From NCBI GenBank assembly GCA_963706575.1, contig CAVPNL010000018.1, forward strand, positions 143,732 to 207,731: a stretch of DNA of 64,000 nt, written 5' to 3'. Both the position numbers and the translations under genes were made by a program. Every line of letters starts with the position of its first letter. The stretch's first letter is position 1. This document shows positions 23,672-37,335 of the stretch, in pieces. Under the pieces are notes generated by a model. The model saw only the letters and a list, made by a program, of their open reading frames with translations, was not told where the DNA came from and ran no database searches. The DNA comes from an uncultured delta proteobacterium. GTDB lineage: Bacteria > Desulfobacterota > Desulfobacteria > Desulfobacterales > JAHEIW01.

Positions 23672-23855
23672 GCTAAAGCCTAAACCAAGTGCGCTAAAGT
23701 TGGAAGTGAACTAAAGTGACTAAAGTTAAGGAATTCTGCCATTTCTATAAAAGACGGAGTAACACGCGGCGCAAGCGCCTGCGCTGCGCGAGCGACACCA
23801 AAACTTTAGGCACTTTAGCTCACTTTAGTCATTTTAGTCACTTTAGGCACTTCGG
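23672..23855. repeat. Palindrome with CTAAAGTG / CACTTTAG tandem arms and a GC-rich core
   Basis: Reverse complement resembles 35378-35560 (cgctcgcgc..gcgctt.cgc.gcgtgt..cttttat..gaattcct.aactttag). Confidence 0.8.
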
Positions 23856-23857
23856 AA

Positions 23858-25225
23858 CTACTTTCGGTAGACGCGCTTCCTGGCACTGGCCGCTTTCTTG
23901 AGCGTAGCCACTTTTTCATCCACGTAATCAAATACTCTGGCATATTTTTTCCCGGGTGCCGGGCGCAGAACCCGGCCGAGATACTGAAGCAAGCGCCCGC
24001 TGAATTTTATCGGGGTCGCCAGAAATAAGGTGGTCAGGTCTTTACAATCAAAACCTTCCCCGATTAACTGCCCCGTGGCAATCAGTATTTTAACCCGGCC
24101 TTGATTGATTCGCTCGAGGACCTTTTGGCGTTCGGCTTCATCGAGATCGCCGGTGAGCAATTCGGATTCCTGCTTGAACCGATATCGCAGCATAGACTGC
24201 AGATTCATACAATGGGCCTTGCGATCGGAGAGGATCAGGCAAATTCCTGAATTTTTAGACGCCTGTTCGGCAACGTCTGAAGCGATCAGCTTGTTTCTGT
24301 CCGTATCGGTGGTAAGTTCGGCCACCATCTTGCTGTATTCACTTACCGGATCACAACGGGTGGCGAAATTGGTATGGCGAAAAACCACTTTCGCAGGCAA
24401 GACATCACCGGTTTCAATTAATTGGCTTTTTTCCACCTCGTGGTGTTTATCGCCCAGGTGCCAGAAAATTAATTTGGAAAGCTGATCCCGCCGATACGGT
24501 GTGGCGGAAAGGCCGAGCATATATTGAGAATCGAAACAGGAGACCGCCTCGGTGAAGGTACGACTTGGACATCGATGGCATTCGTCAACAAGTAAAAAGC
24601 CAATACTCTCAGCAACCTCATCGGCACATTTGTAAAGTGACTGCACCAGCGCAACGGTAATCTTTTCACCGACGCGTTTCTTACCGCCCCCGATAAAGCC
24701 GATATCCTCGGATTCGATACCAATAAAAGTTCCGATACGCTCAACCCATTGGGCGGCGAGTTCTTTAGTGTGAACGGTGATCAGTGCCGGTTGCTTTCGC
24801 TTCGCGATCATGTAAAGGGCCATGACCGTTTTGCCGGAACCGGTGGCAGAGCTCAGGGTCCCGAAATCTTTAGCCAGCATTTTATCCACAGCAACTTTCT
24901 GAAAAGGCTTTAGCCGGCCGCGGAAGACGAAATTCACCGGTTTGAGTCTGCGCCGTTGATCATCGATACGGAATTGAATTCCCTGCCGGCGGCACAGATT
25001 AATTAAATGCCGGATATAGCCGCGCGGTATCCACAGTCCGGTTCGGCCGACTTTATCGTAAAACTTGAGAACCCGGGGAGTGCCCCGATTCCAGCGGCCC
25101 ATACGGTCATTTTCCAGCCATTTGGGGTTGAGGAACTCAAGTTTCTCGACAAGTGTCTCCATGATTTCCGGAGGGACGTTTTGGAGCTGCAAATTTTCTT
25201 TGATGGTAATGATCAAAGGGGCCAT
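23858..25225 (-). CDS. SF2 DEAD/DEAH-box helicase (XPB/UvsW-like)
   Basis: TGSGKT, DECH, SAT, EGFD, QYLGRVLR motifs. Confidence 0.9.
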   Translation of the reverse strand: MAPLIITIKENLQLQNVPPEIMETLVEKLEFLNPKWLENDRMGRWNRGTPRVLKFYDKVGRTGLWIPRGYIRHLINLCRRQGIQFRIDDQRRRLKPVNFVFRGRLKPFQKVAVDKMLAKDFGTLSSATGSGKTVMALYMIAKRKQPALITVHTKELAAQWVERIGTFIGIESEDIGFIGGGKKRVGEKITVALVQSLYKCADEVAESIGFLLVDECHRCPSRTFTEAVSCFDSQYMLGLSATPYRRDQLSKLIFWHLGDKHHEVEKSQLIETGDVLPAKVVFRHTNFATRCDPVSEYSKMVAELTTDTDRNKLIASDVAEQASKNSGICLILSDRKAHCMNLQSMLRYRFKQESELLTGDLDEAERQKVLERINQGRVKILIATGQLIGEGFDCKDLTTLFLATPIKFSGRLLQYLGRVLRPAPGKKYARVFDYVDEKVATLKKAASARKRVYRK

Positions 25226-25366
25226 AAAGCGGGTGATATGTGAAAGATTGAGATTAATTAGCCACAGACCCACACAGACTCACACTAACTTTTTGGTCGT
25301 CCAAAAAAAATAATGTCTGTGTGGGTCTGTGGCTATTAAAAAATCAGTCTTAAATCTGCATAGAGA

Positions 25367-25630
25367 TTAATCAGACTGCTTGTCCTCTTTTATCAGTGCC
25401 TGTGCAATCTGAATATCATAGGCCTGTTTGGGGTCAAAATCCTTTGCCTGATATATTCCCTCGGCCTTTTTGATCGCATCGTAGGGAACCCAGCCGTGCT
25501 CGTCCCACAGCTCCGGATCGTCGGAATTCCACATCCGAAACCAGATCTCTTCCACCCCTTCACGAACGTACATTCGCACCTTTTTGTTCAATGGAAAAGG
25601 GTAGTAATATAAGCCTTTTTCGTCTTTCAT
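25367..25630 (-). CDS. Small hypothetical protein
   Basis: 87-aa ORF, protein-like composition (GLYYYPFP..RMYVR..FRMWN). Confidence 0.75.
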   Translation of the reverse strand: MKDEKGLYYYPFPLNKKVRMYVREGVEEIWFRMWNSDDPELWDEHGWVPYDAIKKAEGIYQAKDFDPKQAYDIQIAQALIKEDKQSD

Positions 25631-25679
25631 GGTTCACGTTCCAGAGAGCACGTTCAAAGATTGCAAAGTGTCAGTCAAC

Positions 25680-25878
25680 TGGTTCGAAGGTTCAACGTTC
25701 AAGGGTTCAGAGGTTTTTTTTGCCGTTACCCGTTTTATTGGTTTAATTCGTTTCATTGGTTAAATTCGTTAAATAACCGAACCAATCGAACCAATTAGAC
25801 CAATTGAACTAATGAAACTGGCCTTTAGGCTTTTATCCTTGAACCTTTGAACCCTGAACCCAGAACCTTTGAACCTAG
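25680..25878. repeat. Nested palindrome: 7-nt GGTTCAG/CTGAACC arms enclosing a 9-nt AACCAAT palindrome
   Basis: Closely similar inverted copy at 28003-28212, including the unique linker ggataaa(a/g)gcctaaaggccagtttcatt. Confidence 0.85.
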
Positions 25879-25884
25879 CTCGCG

Positions 25885-26949
25885 CTATATGATGCCTCTT
25901 TCCTGCATGATGCGTATATAGGTTTCTACTCCGCTTTTCGGCGGGTCGTAAAGCTTGTCGTCATCTTTCTTGACGAGCTGAATGGCCTCTGTCGGGCAGG
26001 TCGTCACACACAGCCCGCAGCCGATGCAGCGATTCAGCAGTACGGCCGAAATGCCGTCGATCACCTCAACGGCTTCCATCTGGCAGCGGTCCACACAGGT
26101 TTCACACCCCGTACAGAGCTCTTCATCCACCTGTGCGTAATAATTGCTCTGCACGGCCTCCGCCGGATTCGGCTGCTTTTTCAACGCGCGCAGCATCCCG
26201 CAGCAGTCACCGCAACAGCTGCACATTCCGCCAATTTTTTTGGAATTAAACGGCTGCATTACCAGACCGGCTTCTTCATTATTGATAACGATCTGTTTGG
26301 CTTCATCTTTGGTGACAAAGCGGCCCAAGCCGTTCTCAACATAATATTCAGCATGGGAACCAAATGAAAAACAGTTGTCATTGGGCTTGTCGCAATCATG
26401 GCCGGCAAGTTTGGTCTGGGTCCGGCAGACACAGGGTGTAATGGCAATTTTTTCCTGGCTTTCAATAATCTGCAGAACATCTTCATAGGGTGCAATCGGC
26501 CAGTCGGCAACAATCTTTCGATTGATAGGAACCGTTCGTAAAATCGGTGTTTTAAAAGATTGAGCATTTGCCAAAAAAGCCTGTTCGAAATACGCTTCAT
26601 TATCGCGTGCAAAGGTTTCATCCATTGATTTAACCTGGAATTCAAATATCCCGACCACATAAGGTATAACGGCATAACGCACCCGATCGCCATCGCGTTT
26701 CCGAAAAAGCAATCCCTTTTTCGCCATTTGCTCCATCAAAACGGCGACTTCATCCGGCTCCCGGTTCAGCCGCTTGGCGGCATCATCCGGCGACTCCAGC
26801 AAAGGATGAAGCTGCACGAAAAAATCCGCTTCCGTTTCGGTAAACAGGCGTTTCAACAATCTGATTTCGATTTTGTTTTCGGTTTGCGGTAAACCGACTG
26901 CCAGCTCGTCCAATCGTGCCCGCAGCCGCTCGTACACATCACTCATCAT
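25885..26949 (-). CDS. 4Fe-4S dicluster domain protein
   Basis: CTGCETCVDRCQ, CIGCGLCVTTCP, CSCCGDCC, PCVCR. Confidence 0.9.
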   Translation of the reverse strand: MMSDVYERLRARLDELAVGLPQTENKIEIRLLKRLFTETEADFFVQLHPLLESPDDAAKRLNREPDEVAVLMEQMAKKGLLFRKRDGDRVRYAVIPYVVGIFEFQVKSMDETFARDNEAYFEQAFLANAQSFKTPILRTVPINRKIVADWPIAPYEDVLQIIESQEKIAITPCVCRTQTKLAGHDCDKPNDNCFSFGSHAEYYVENGLGRFVTKDEAKQIVINNEEAGLVMQPFNSKKIGGMCSCCGDCCGMLRALKKQPNPAEAVQSNYYAQVDEELCTGCETCVDRCQMEAVEVIDGISAVLLNRCIGCGLCVTTCPTEAIQLVKKDDDKLYDPPKSGVETYIRIMQERGII

Positions 26950-27217
26950 TCATCCTTTCAAATAGTTAATAACTAATCGCAGATGTCTCAAACAATTCAA
27001 TCGATGAAAAACACTTATGGTACTTTATCAGCATGTTTTATTAGTTTAATTGGTTCGATTGGTTCAATTTGTTAAAAAACGACCAACGTGAACTTCATTG
27101 CCAACTAATAAAACCAATAAAACAAATTTAACCAATTGAACTTGGGCCTTCAGAGATTGTACATCTGCAGACAATTTGAATCATGCATATACAGGTAACC
27201 CGCAAAGTTTGCAACAA

Positions 27218-27988
27218 TCAAAGCCCGTGGTGGTCCAGAAACTCGATGATGGCCTGATTGACCTCCTGAGGCTTTTCCATCGGGGCGATGTGGCCCGCCC
27301 CCATAATATGTTTCCGGATGGCATTTGGGATGCCATCTTCTAAAAACTGGGCATATTTAGGCGGTGTCAACTTGTCCTCTTCAGCTGAAATGATAAGTAC
27401 CGGAATGCTTATTTCGCCCAGCCTTCCCATCACGTTGAACTGGTTGCAAGCCTGAAAATCACCATAGGTGACCTTGGGCGGGCAATCGATCATGTCTTTC
27501 TTGTAAAGCTGGATCTTTTGAGCATCTGTTTTCTCGGAAGTCGCAAATTTATATGCCATCTCTACAAAGGCAGCATAGTCATTTTCAATGGTTTCAAAAA
27601 TCGCCGGCAAAACCTTGAGTCTGGCACCGGTTCCGATCAGAATACCGGCCCCGAAGCTGTTCGCAAAATCCAGCAGAAGCTGCTGGACAATAGCACCGCC
27701 CAGGCTCAAACCGCAAAGAATCGCTTTGGGTGCATCTATGGCTTCAATAAATTCAACCACCACCCGGCTGTAATCGGTAATTGTATCTTTTCCGTCCTTA
27801 CCGCTTCTGCCGTGGCCGGGCAGATCAAGTGCCACCGTATTCAACTGCTCGGCAAGGCCTTCCACCTGTGCCTTCCAAAAATGGCCGGTACCGCCGGAAC
27901 CGTGAATAAAAACAATTGTCGATTTTTCAGTATCCAACGGCCACCGGTTTGCAATGAAGCCGATTCCACCGATTTCCCTTTCCTCCAT
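27218..27988 (-). CDS. Alpha/beta hydrolase
   Basis: FIHGSGG, DLPGHG, GLSLGG nucleophile, D and GAGH triad; AGGAGG RBS. Confidence 0.92.
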   Translation of the reverse strand: MEEREIGGIGFIANRWPLDTEKSTIVFIHGSGGTGHFWKAQVEGLAEQLNTVALDLPGHGRSGKDGKDTITDYSRVVVEFIEAIDAPKAILCGLSLGGAIVQQLLLDFANSFGAGILIGTGARLKVLPAIFETIENDYAAFVEMAYKFATSEKTDAQKIQLYKKDMIDCPPKVTYGDFQACNQFNVMGRLGEISIPVLIISAEEDKLTPPKYAQFLEDGIPNAIRKHIMGAGHIAPMEKPQEVNQAIIEFLDHHGL

Positions 27989-28213
27989 CTGTCCTCCTAT
28001 ATCGGGTTCTGGGTTCAAGGTTCAGGGTGCAGAGGTTTAAGGATAAAGGCCTAAAGGCCAGTTTCATTTGTTCAATTGGTCTGATTGGTTCGATTGGTTC
28101 AGTTATTAAACTAATTTAACCAATTAAACTAATTAGACCCATAAAACGGCTTAAACCATCCCCTCAGAAAAAAGAACCCTTGAACCTTTTAACGCTGAAT
28201 CTTGAACCTGATT

Positions 28214-28615
28214 TTAACCCTCAAAATTCACCTGTTGCACCGAATCTTTTTTCGATATCAACCGCCGGATTCCTGACTGAACGTCCGCATCCCGTATCGG
28301 CTCCACACGTGATACAAAGAGATCATCACGGCCGGTTTTATATTTCCATTCTCTAATGTACCCCGGCACCAGCGCATAGGTGCAGCCCCCCGGACCGCAG
28401 CATGAGGCGTCTACAACCGCACAACCGATAAAATATAGCACTTGCCGGCCGTTATACGACAGCCGCTTTTCCTGGCTCAAGATATAGTGGCCGCTGATCG
28501 TCCTGACCGCTTTATTTAAAACCGGATGAATAAAATCTATTGGGACAAGCTGTCCTTCCACAGGCATTCCTTTCATCCCGCAAGGAATATAGATAAAACA
28601 CCCCACCATTGTCAA
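28214..28615 (-). CDS. Hypothetical protein with SCCGxGGC motif
   Basis: ORF with clustered cysteines; start may be 28576. Confidence 0.7.
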   Translation of the reverse strand: MTMVGCFIYIPCGMKGMPVEGQLVPIDFIHPVLNKAVRTISGHYILSQEKRLSYNGRQVLYFIGCAVVDASCCGPGGCTYALVPGYIREWKYKTGRDDLFVSRVEPIRDADVQSGIRRLISKKDSVQQVNFEG

Positions 28616-29140
28616 TCGTATCGGATTTTATTTGTATTTAACCGCGAGACATGCGCAGACGATCGCAGACTTTTTAATCGCGCGACCCGCGCGATTAAAA
28701 GATACGTTATCCCGCTGGCGCGTGATAAAAACATACTTATATATGACTTAAAGAGGATACATATAGTTTATAAGCAAAAGTTGAAAACCCAAATAGAAGT
28801 TTAATAGCACGGCGAATTTATGCAGTCACATAAATATTATTAATCGTGAAGCGATTGACGTGTTTTTTGCCGGCCGGGTTGGCCGGGAAAAAGGTCTGCG
28901 CGAGTCTGCGTTCGTCTGCGGTTAAATAAAAAATCATAATAATCCTGCAAATCCTGTCTAAAAATCAATCTGCGTATGTCAGCGGGTAATTGGCTTAAGT
29001 CGGCGAATCAATTGCGATTTGCAAAAATTCTGACTTCAATGCGCAAATAGCGACAAAAACCCGACAAAGTTCACCGTCCGGCTCAACCGAAAACCTTATA
29101 ACAATTTGAATTTAATCCATTATTTTTAAAAAGATGAATT

Positions 29141-29156
29141 TGGTCCGGTTCTTGCT
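29141..29156 (+). promoter_or_regulatory. Putative sigma54 -24/-12 promoter
   Basis: TGGTCCGGTTCTTGCT (GG-N10-GC). Confidence 0.6.
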
Positions 29157-29168
29157 ATGTATATTCAT

Positions 29169-29261
29169 ATGGAAAATCTAATTTTTATCGGAATTGTATT
29201 CCTGGGGTTGGTTGCATTTCTGTGGATGGCTGCCGACCGCAGCCCGAAGCAGGATGAATAA
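29169..29261 (+). CDS. 30-aa single-TM small protein, probably leaderless
   Basis: MENLIFIGIVFLGLVAFLWMAADRSPKQDE*; ATG at the expected sigma54 +1 region. Confidence 0.5.
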   Translation: MENLIFIGIVFLGLVAFLWMAADRSPKQDE

Positions 29262-29339
29262 TGCGCTTTGCGCATGGTTCAGGGTTCTGGGTTCTAGGTT
29301 CAGAGGTTAGGGAACCCTGAACCTTTGAACCTTGACAGC

Positions 29340-30485
29340 CTAACGCCGTTTTGTCCCATCGTAACACATACTATCCGCCATCATAAAAAACATTCCCTTA
29401 AATTTCGGTGACATATCCTTAAACCGGAACCCCAAGGCCACGATTTTTTTCTTTTTCCATGAAAACTCGCGGCTCCAGACAATGTTGCCTGCCACTTTCA
29501 AAACAAGCTCTTCTTCCGGCAGACTCATTTCAATTTTGGCTTCCTTAATATTTTTTGAAATAGCTGAAATGCTCTTGTATTTACCATCCAAAACTACACA
29601 CAACCCTCCGATGGAAACATCCCGGGAATAACCGTCAATGATCAACGGCTCCTTCTGGTTAGCATTTGTAAAAATATGCAGGTTGATTTTTAAGGGCAGT
29701 TGATGCCGCCCCAGTTTTCGAACTTTCTTCTGCACACCATCATTACCGTTTTTTTTGCGGACCTTGTACAGATCGATCAACCCCATCTCGATGTTGGGAT
29801 GTTTTTCACAAATTTTTATGAGGTTGGATTTCGTTATCCTGACCAGTTCTGTCTGGGTGGATGTTTCAATGTAGGATTTTGACCTGTTTTCTTCTTTAAA
29901 GGGGTAAACGTCTCCGAAGAACTGATTTTCGGTTAGAAAAAATGCCCTTTTGCGATAAAGCGAATCCTCTCCTTTTCTTAGCGGCACAAAAACGGTTTCT
30001 TTTAAATTGCCGGACACGACTAAGTACAAATCCGTTTCCTCGTCACCACTTTTTTTAATCATTTTGCCCGGCGATAGCTCCAAGCGTATCAGTTTGGACA
30101 CAAAGGAGACCAGTTCCTGGTAGGTCAGACGCTGAAAAAATGTCTTCAATGGTGATTCATAATAGCTGCCTTTGTGCAGGAAGGAGTAAAAACGCTGTGC
30201 CTCCTGCGGTGTGGGAGGCTTGATTTTCCACTGGAGCATCTTTGAATCAATGGCTTGCAATATTTTACCGGCCTCGATGAACAGCTGTGCGGCTTTATCA
30301 TAGGATTTAACAGCCTCTTCCGGTTGGTTGTTTTTGTCCAGCAGATTGGAATAAGCCTTCTGCAGAGCTGGATCATTGGGAAATATTTTAAGAATGCTAT
30401 TAAACTCTTCGATGGATTTTATCGTTATAGATCCATCAACAATTTGCTCGGCAATGCTGATGTGACTGTTTAAATTCGTTTTCAT
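29340..30485 (-). CDS. Cyclic-nucleotide-binding domain + C-terminal PilZ domain protein
   Basis: LYLVVSG...FFGD cNMP-like fold; PilZ RKLGR and DVSIGG motifs. Confidence 0.85.
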   Translation of the reverse strand: MKTNLNSHISIAEQIVDGSITIKSIEEFNSILKIFPNDPALQKAYSNLLDKNNQPEEAVKSYDKAAQLFIEAGKILQAIDSKMLQWKIKPPTPQEAQRFYSFLHKGSYYESPLKTFFQRLTYQELVSFVSKLIRLELSPGKMIKKSGDEETDLYLVVSGNLKETVFVPLRKGEDSLYRKRAFFLTENQFFGDVYPFKEENRSKSYIETSTQTELVRITKSNLIKICEKHPNIEMGLIDLYKVRKKNGNDGVQKKVRKLGRHQLPLKINLHIFTNANQKEPLIIDGYSRDVSIGGLCVVLDGKYKSISAISKNIKEAKIEMSLPEEELVLKVAGNIVWSREFSWKKKKIVALGFRFKDMSPKFKGMFFMMADSMCYDGTKRR

Positions 30486-31040
30486 GGTTTTTCCTAATTT
30501 GAACGATCTAATATAGAACGATTAAACATGAATCGCGGATAACCCAGGCTACGAATTGATTATCGGTATTGCCGCAAAAAACTTAAGGCAATCTCATAAC
30601 TTTTCGGCAGGTTATATTCAAGGTGTCAGTCACCCGGTCCAAAGGTTCAGCGTTCAGCGATCTGAGGTTCACGGCCTCAGGGATTTGTTAAATTTGTCTT
30701 ATTTGTTTCATTGGTTGAATTGGTTGGCTTAAATCGAACCAATTGAACAAATTAAACCAATCAAACCAATGGTACTAAAGAAACTGCCCCAAATACCTTT
30801 GGCCCTTGAACTCTGAACCTTGAACTTCTGAACCTTTGGATTAATATAACTGACTGAAAAAGCTAAAGTAATGTTAAAAATGACCGATATATTATCCTAG
30901 GTCGGGCGATTGAGTTGCTATCGGCAAACTTTTCTTATAAACTTAGATGTTACGTAGGTCCCGCGCATAAATCGGGGGCTCGCAATCATGCAGAACCGAA
31001 TCATTTCCTCCCGGGGCATGTTGCTTTTGAAGGGGACAGC

Positions 31041-31455
31041 ATGGCTAGAACAAATCGGATCCGGAAAAATACGGCCGGAGGCGCAGGTCTTTTTAGCGGT
31101 CTTATTATCCTCCTGGTGCTGGCGTGCGGCGCACAAACCGGCAATAGCAACAATAACAACCCTCAACTGGAACAAAAATCGTCTGAATCCGAAATCAAGC
31201 GCAGCGGCCAGACCGGAATTTCGCAGCTGGAAGATAAGCAGCAGCCGTATGTCCTGGATGAAGTTTTGGTTAAATTCAAACCCGGTTCCGATGCGGACAC
31301 CATCGCGCGCATCCGGGCAGCCTTGAACCTGGAAACAATGCGCAAATTTTCAAGCCCGAATCTATTTTTAATGAAAATAACCGATGGCTCGCCCGTTGAA
31401 GCAGTTATCAAACAGTTGAAAACATATGAAGCCGTAAAATACGCCGAACCCAATT

Positions 31456-31478
<23 letters not shown>
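31041..31478 (+). CDS. Lipoprotein consisting of a stand-alone subtilase prodomain-like domain
   Basis: Lipobox LVLAC; EVLVKFK...VKYAEPNY matches the prodomain of the next gene (ELLVKFR...VEHAEPNY). Confidence 0.8.
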
Positions 31479-35112
<3,634 letters not shown>

Positions 35113-35301
35113 TACCGGTTCAAGGGTTCTGGGTTCAGGAGTTCTGGGTTCCCTTTTTGTGGATGGGTATAATATAGGAGACCGTTTTATTGGTTTGATT
35201 GGTTTAATTAGTTCAATTAGTTTATTAACTGAACCAATCGAACAAATTAGACCAATTGAACTAATTAAACAGGCCGCAGGCCTCCGGACCAACCAATTTA
35301 A

Positions 35302-35621
35302 CTAGAAGCTATCTCAAAAATATATTTAACACCCGATAGTAAAGTTCTAAAACTATAAAAGGTGCTTATAACAATAAATGAGCTAAAATTAAAAATGATC
35401 TAAAATGCCTAAAATTAAGATTGCGCTCGCGCTGTGCCAGCGCTTACGCGGCGTGTACGCCAGGTGGTCGCTACATCTTTTATTATAAATAGGAAAGAAT
35501 TCCTCAACTTTAGGCATTTTAGATCATTTTAGGCATTTTAGGCAATTCTAAATTTAGAGCACCGTGGGAACTTTTTTTCTCTGTCTTCCAAGGTAAACTG
35601 CTAATTTTGAGATAGCTTCTA
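35302..35621. mobile_element. MITE-like element (CTAGAAGCTATCTCAAAA ... TTTTGAGATAGCTTCTA) carrying an internal tandem-arm palindrome
   Basis: 17-bp perfect TIR; identical single end at 44299-44315. Confidence 0.82.
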
Positions 35622-35707
35622 ATCAAAGCAATGGAACCAATTAAACAGCTGATTGTAGTGAACCGTTGAATAGCCAGAAGCCAAAAGACCGGCAACCAGT
35701 ATCCGTA

Positions 35708-37102
35708 TTATTTATTCTTCCTCCAGCGGGAGTGCGTAATGCCGTGCTTTTTGATGCGGTAGTTTAATGCGCGGGGGGTCAGTCCGAGTTCTTTGGCGGC
35801 CTCTTTCTGAATCCACAGGTTTTTCTCCAGGGCCCGAAAGATGAGTTCCTTTTCTTCTTGATCTGAAAGCCTCAGCTGCTTGGCAGGGGGCGTTGCAGCC
35901 GGCCCCGGCAGTTCGTTGATCTTCGGAAGAGAAATATGCACCATTTCGATGGTCGGGCCGTCGGTCAGGAAAATCGCCCTTTCAATCGTGTTGGAGAGCT
36001 CGCGTATGTTTCCGGGCCAGGGATAGGTCTTAAACAAAACCAGGACTTCGGGAGATAGGGTGTCGACCTGCTTTTTTTCCGCCCGGGACAGGCGGCCTAA
36101 CAGATAATATGCCAGCGGCTCGATGCATTCGATGCGCTCTCTGAGCGGCGGCATGTGGATTCGCAGTACATTAATACGGTAATACAGATCTTCACGGAAT
36201 TTTCCGTCCCGAACCTGGGCTTCGATGTCGCGATTGGTGGCGGCGATGATCCGCGTATCCGCCTGAATGGTTTTGTTGTCGCCTAACCGCTCATAGGTTT
36301 TTTCTTCCAGCACCCGCAGCAGCTTTGCCTGCAAATCAAAACTAAGCTCGCAAAATTCATCCAAAAACAGCGTGCCGCGGTCGGCCTGTTCGAAGCGTCC
36401 GGCCCGCGTCTTATCCGCCCCGGTAAAGGCGCCTTTTTCGTGGCCGAAAAGCTCGCTTTCCAGCAATGTCTCGGGAATGTTGGCACAATTTATTTTGACA
36501 AACGGTTTGCCGCTGCGGGGACTGTTAAAGTGAACATGCCCGGAAATAAAACTTTTTCCGGTACCGGTTTCACCGGTCATTAAAATCGTTGCGTCCGATC
36601 GGGCCACCCGCTTGATAGTGGCCATGATCTCCTGCATAACCGGACTGACGGAGATGATGCGGTCCTGGTCGTACTCAACATCCTGCTGCCGCCTTAAATA
36701 ATCGATTTCATTTTTCAGGCTAAGGTTTTCGATCGCCTGATGAACAGCGAGTCGAATTTTTTCGTCCACAATCGGTCGGGTGATAAAATCCGTGGCGCCG
36801 GCCTTAATGACCCGAACGATCACTTCCGCATCCGTCACAGCACTGGTAACAATGATGGGCGTCAAAGGGGCAAGCTCTTGAAGGGTCTGGATGATATTTT
36901 CAAGATCAGCGCTTGCATCGCGCAGATCAAACAGGATTACACTAAAGATCTCTTTTTTCATGCGCCCGGCAGCCTCGGATACACTTGGGGCCGCGCTGAT
37001 GCTGTAGCCGGCCGCCAGCGCATCCGCAAACCTGCGCGTCTCATCTTCAGCTTCACCGATGATCAGAATGCGATCACTTTTTTCCAAGACGGGTCTGTTC
37101 AC
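35708..37102 (-). CDS. Sigma54-dependent response regulator (REC-AAA+-HTH, NtrC family)
   Basis: GETGTGKS, ESELFGHEKGAFTGA, LFLDE, WPGNIREL, Fis-type HTH. Confidence 0.95.
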   Translation of the reverse strand: MNRPVLEKSDRILIIGEAEDETRRFADALAAGYSISAAPSVSEAAGRMKKEIFSVILFDLRDASADLENIIQTLQELAPLTPIIVTSAVTDAEVIVRVIKAGATDFITRPIVDEKIRLAVHQAIENLSLKNEIDYLRRQQDVEYDQDRIISVSPVMQEIMATIKRVARSDATILMTGETGTGKSFISGHVHFNSPRSGKPFVKINCANIPETLLESELFGHEKGAFTGADKTRAGRFEQADRGTLFLDEFCELSFDLQAKLLRVLEEKTYERLGDNKTIQADTRIIAATNRDIEAQVRDGKFREDLYYRINVLRIHMPPLRERIECIEPLAYYLLGRLSRAEKKQVDTLSPEVLVLFKTYPWPGNIRELSNTIERAIFLTDGPTIEMVHISLPKINELPGPAATPPAKQLRLSDQEEKELIFRALEKNLWIQKEAAKELGLTPRALNYRIKKHGITHSRWRKNK

Positions 37103-37335
37103 AACAATTCCTGTTGGTGGCTTTGATTGATCAAACTGTTTTATTGGTTTGATTGGTTTAATTAGTTCAATTGGTTCGGCTGGAAGCCTGCGGCCGGTTT
37201 CATTTGTTCAATTGGTCTGATTTGCTCGATTGGTTCGCTTAATCACCCGATTCAAATTATTCAACAAATTTAACCAATTAAACCAATTGAACCAATTGAA
37301 CGATAGAGATTATCCAATTCAACTAATCCAACTCA

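Noticed and set aside
30915..31040. Possible second c-di-GMP riboswitch (GGCAAAC...CGCAA) and TTG start at 30915
   Set aside because: No GNRA-capped P2 stem or GACGCAAAGC core; ATG 31041 has an RBS and gives a normal lipoprotein signal
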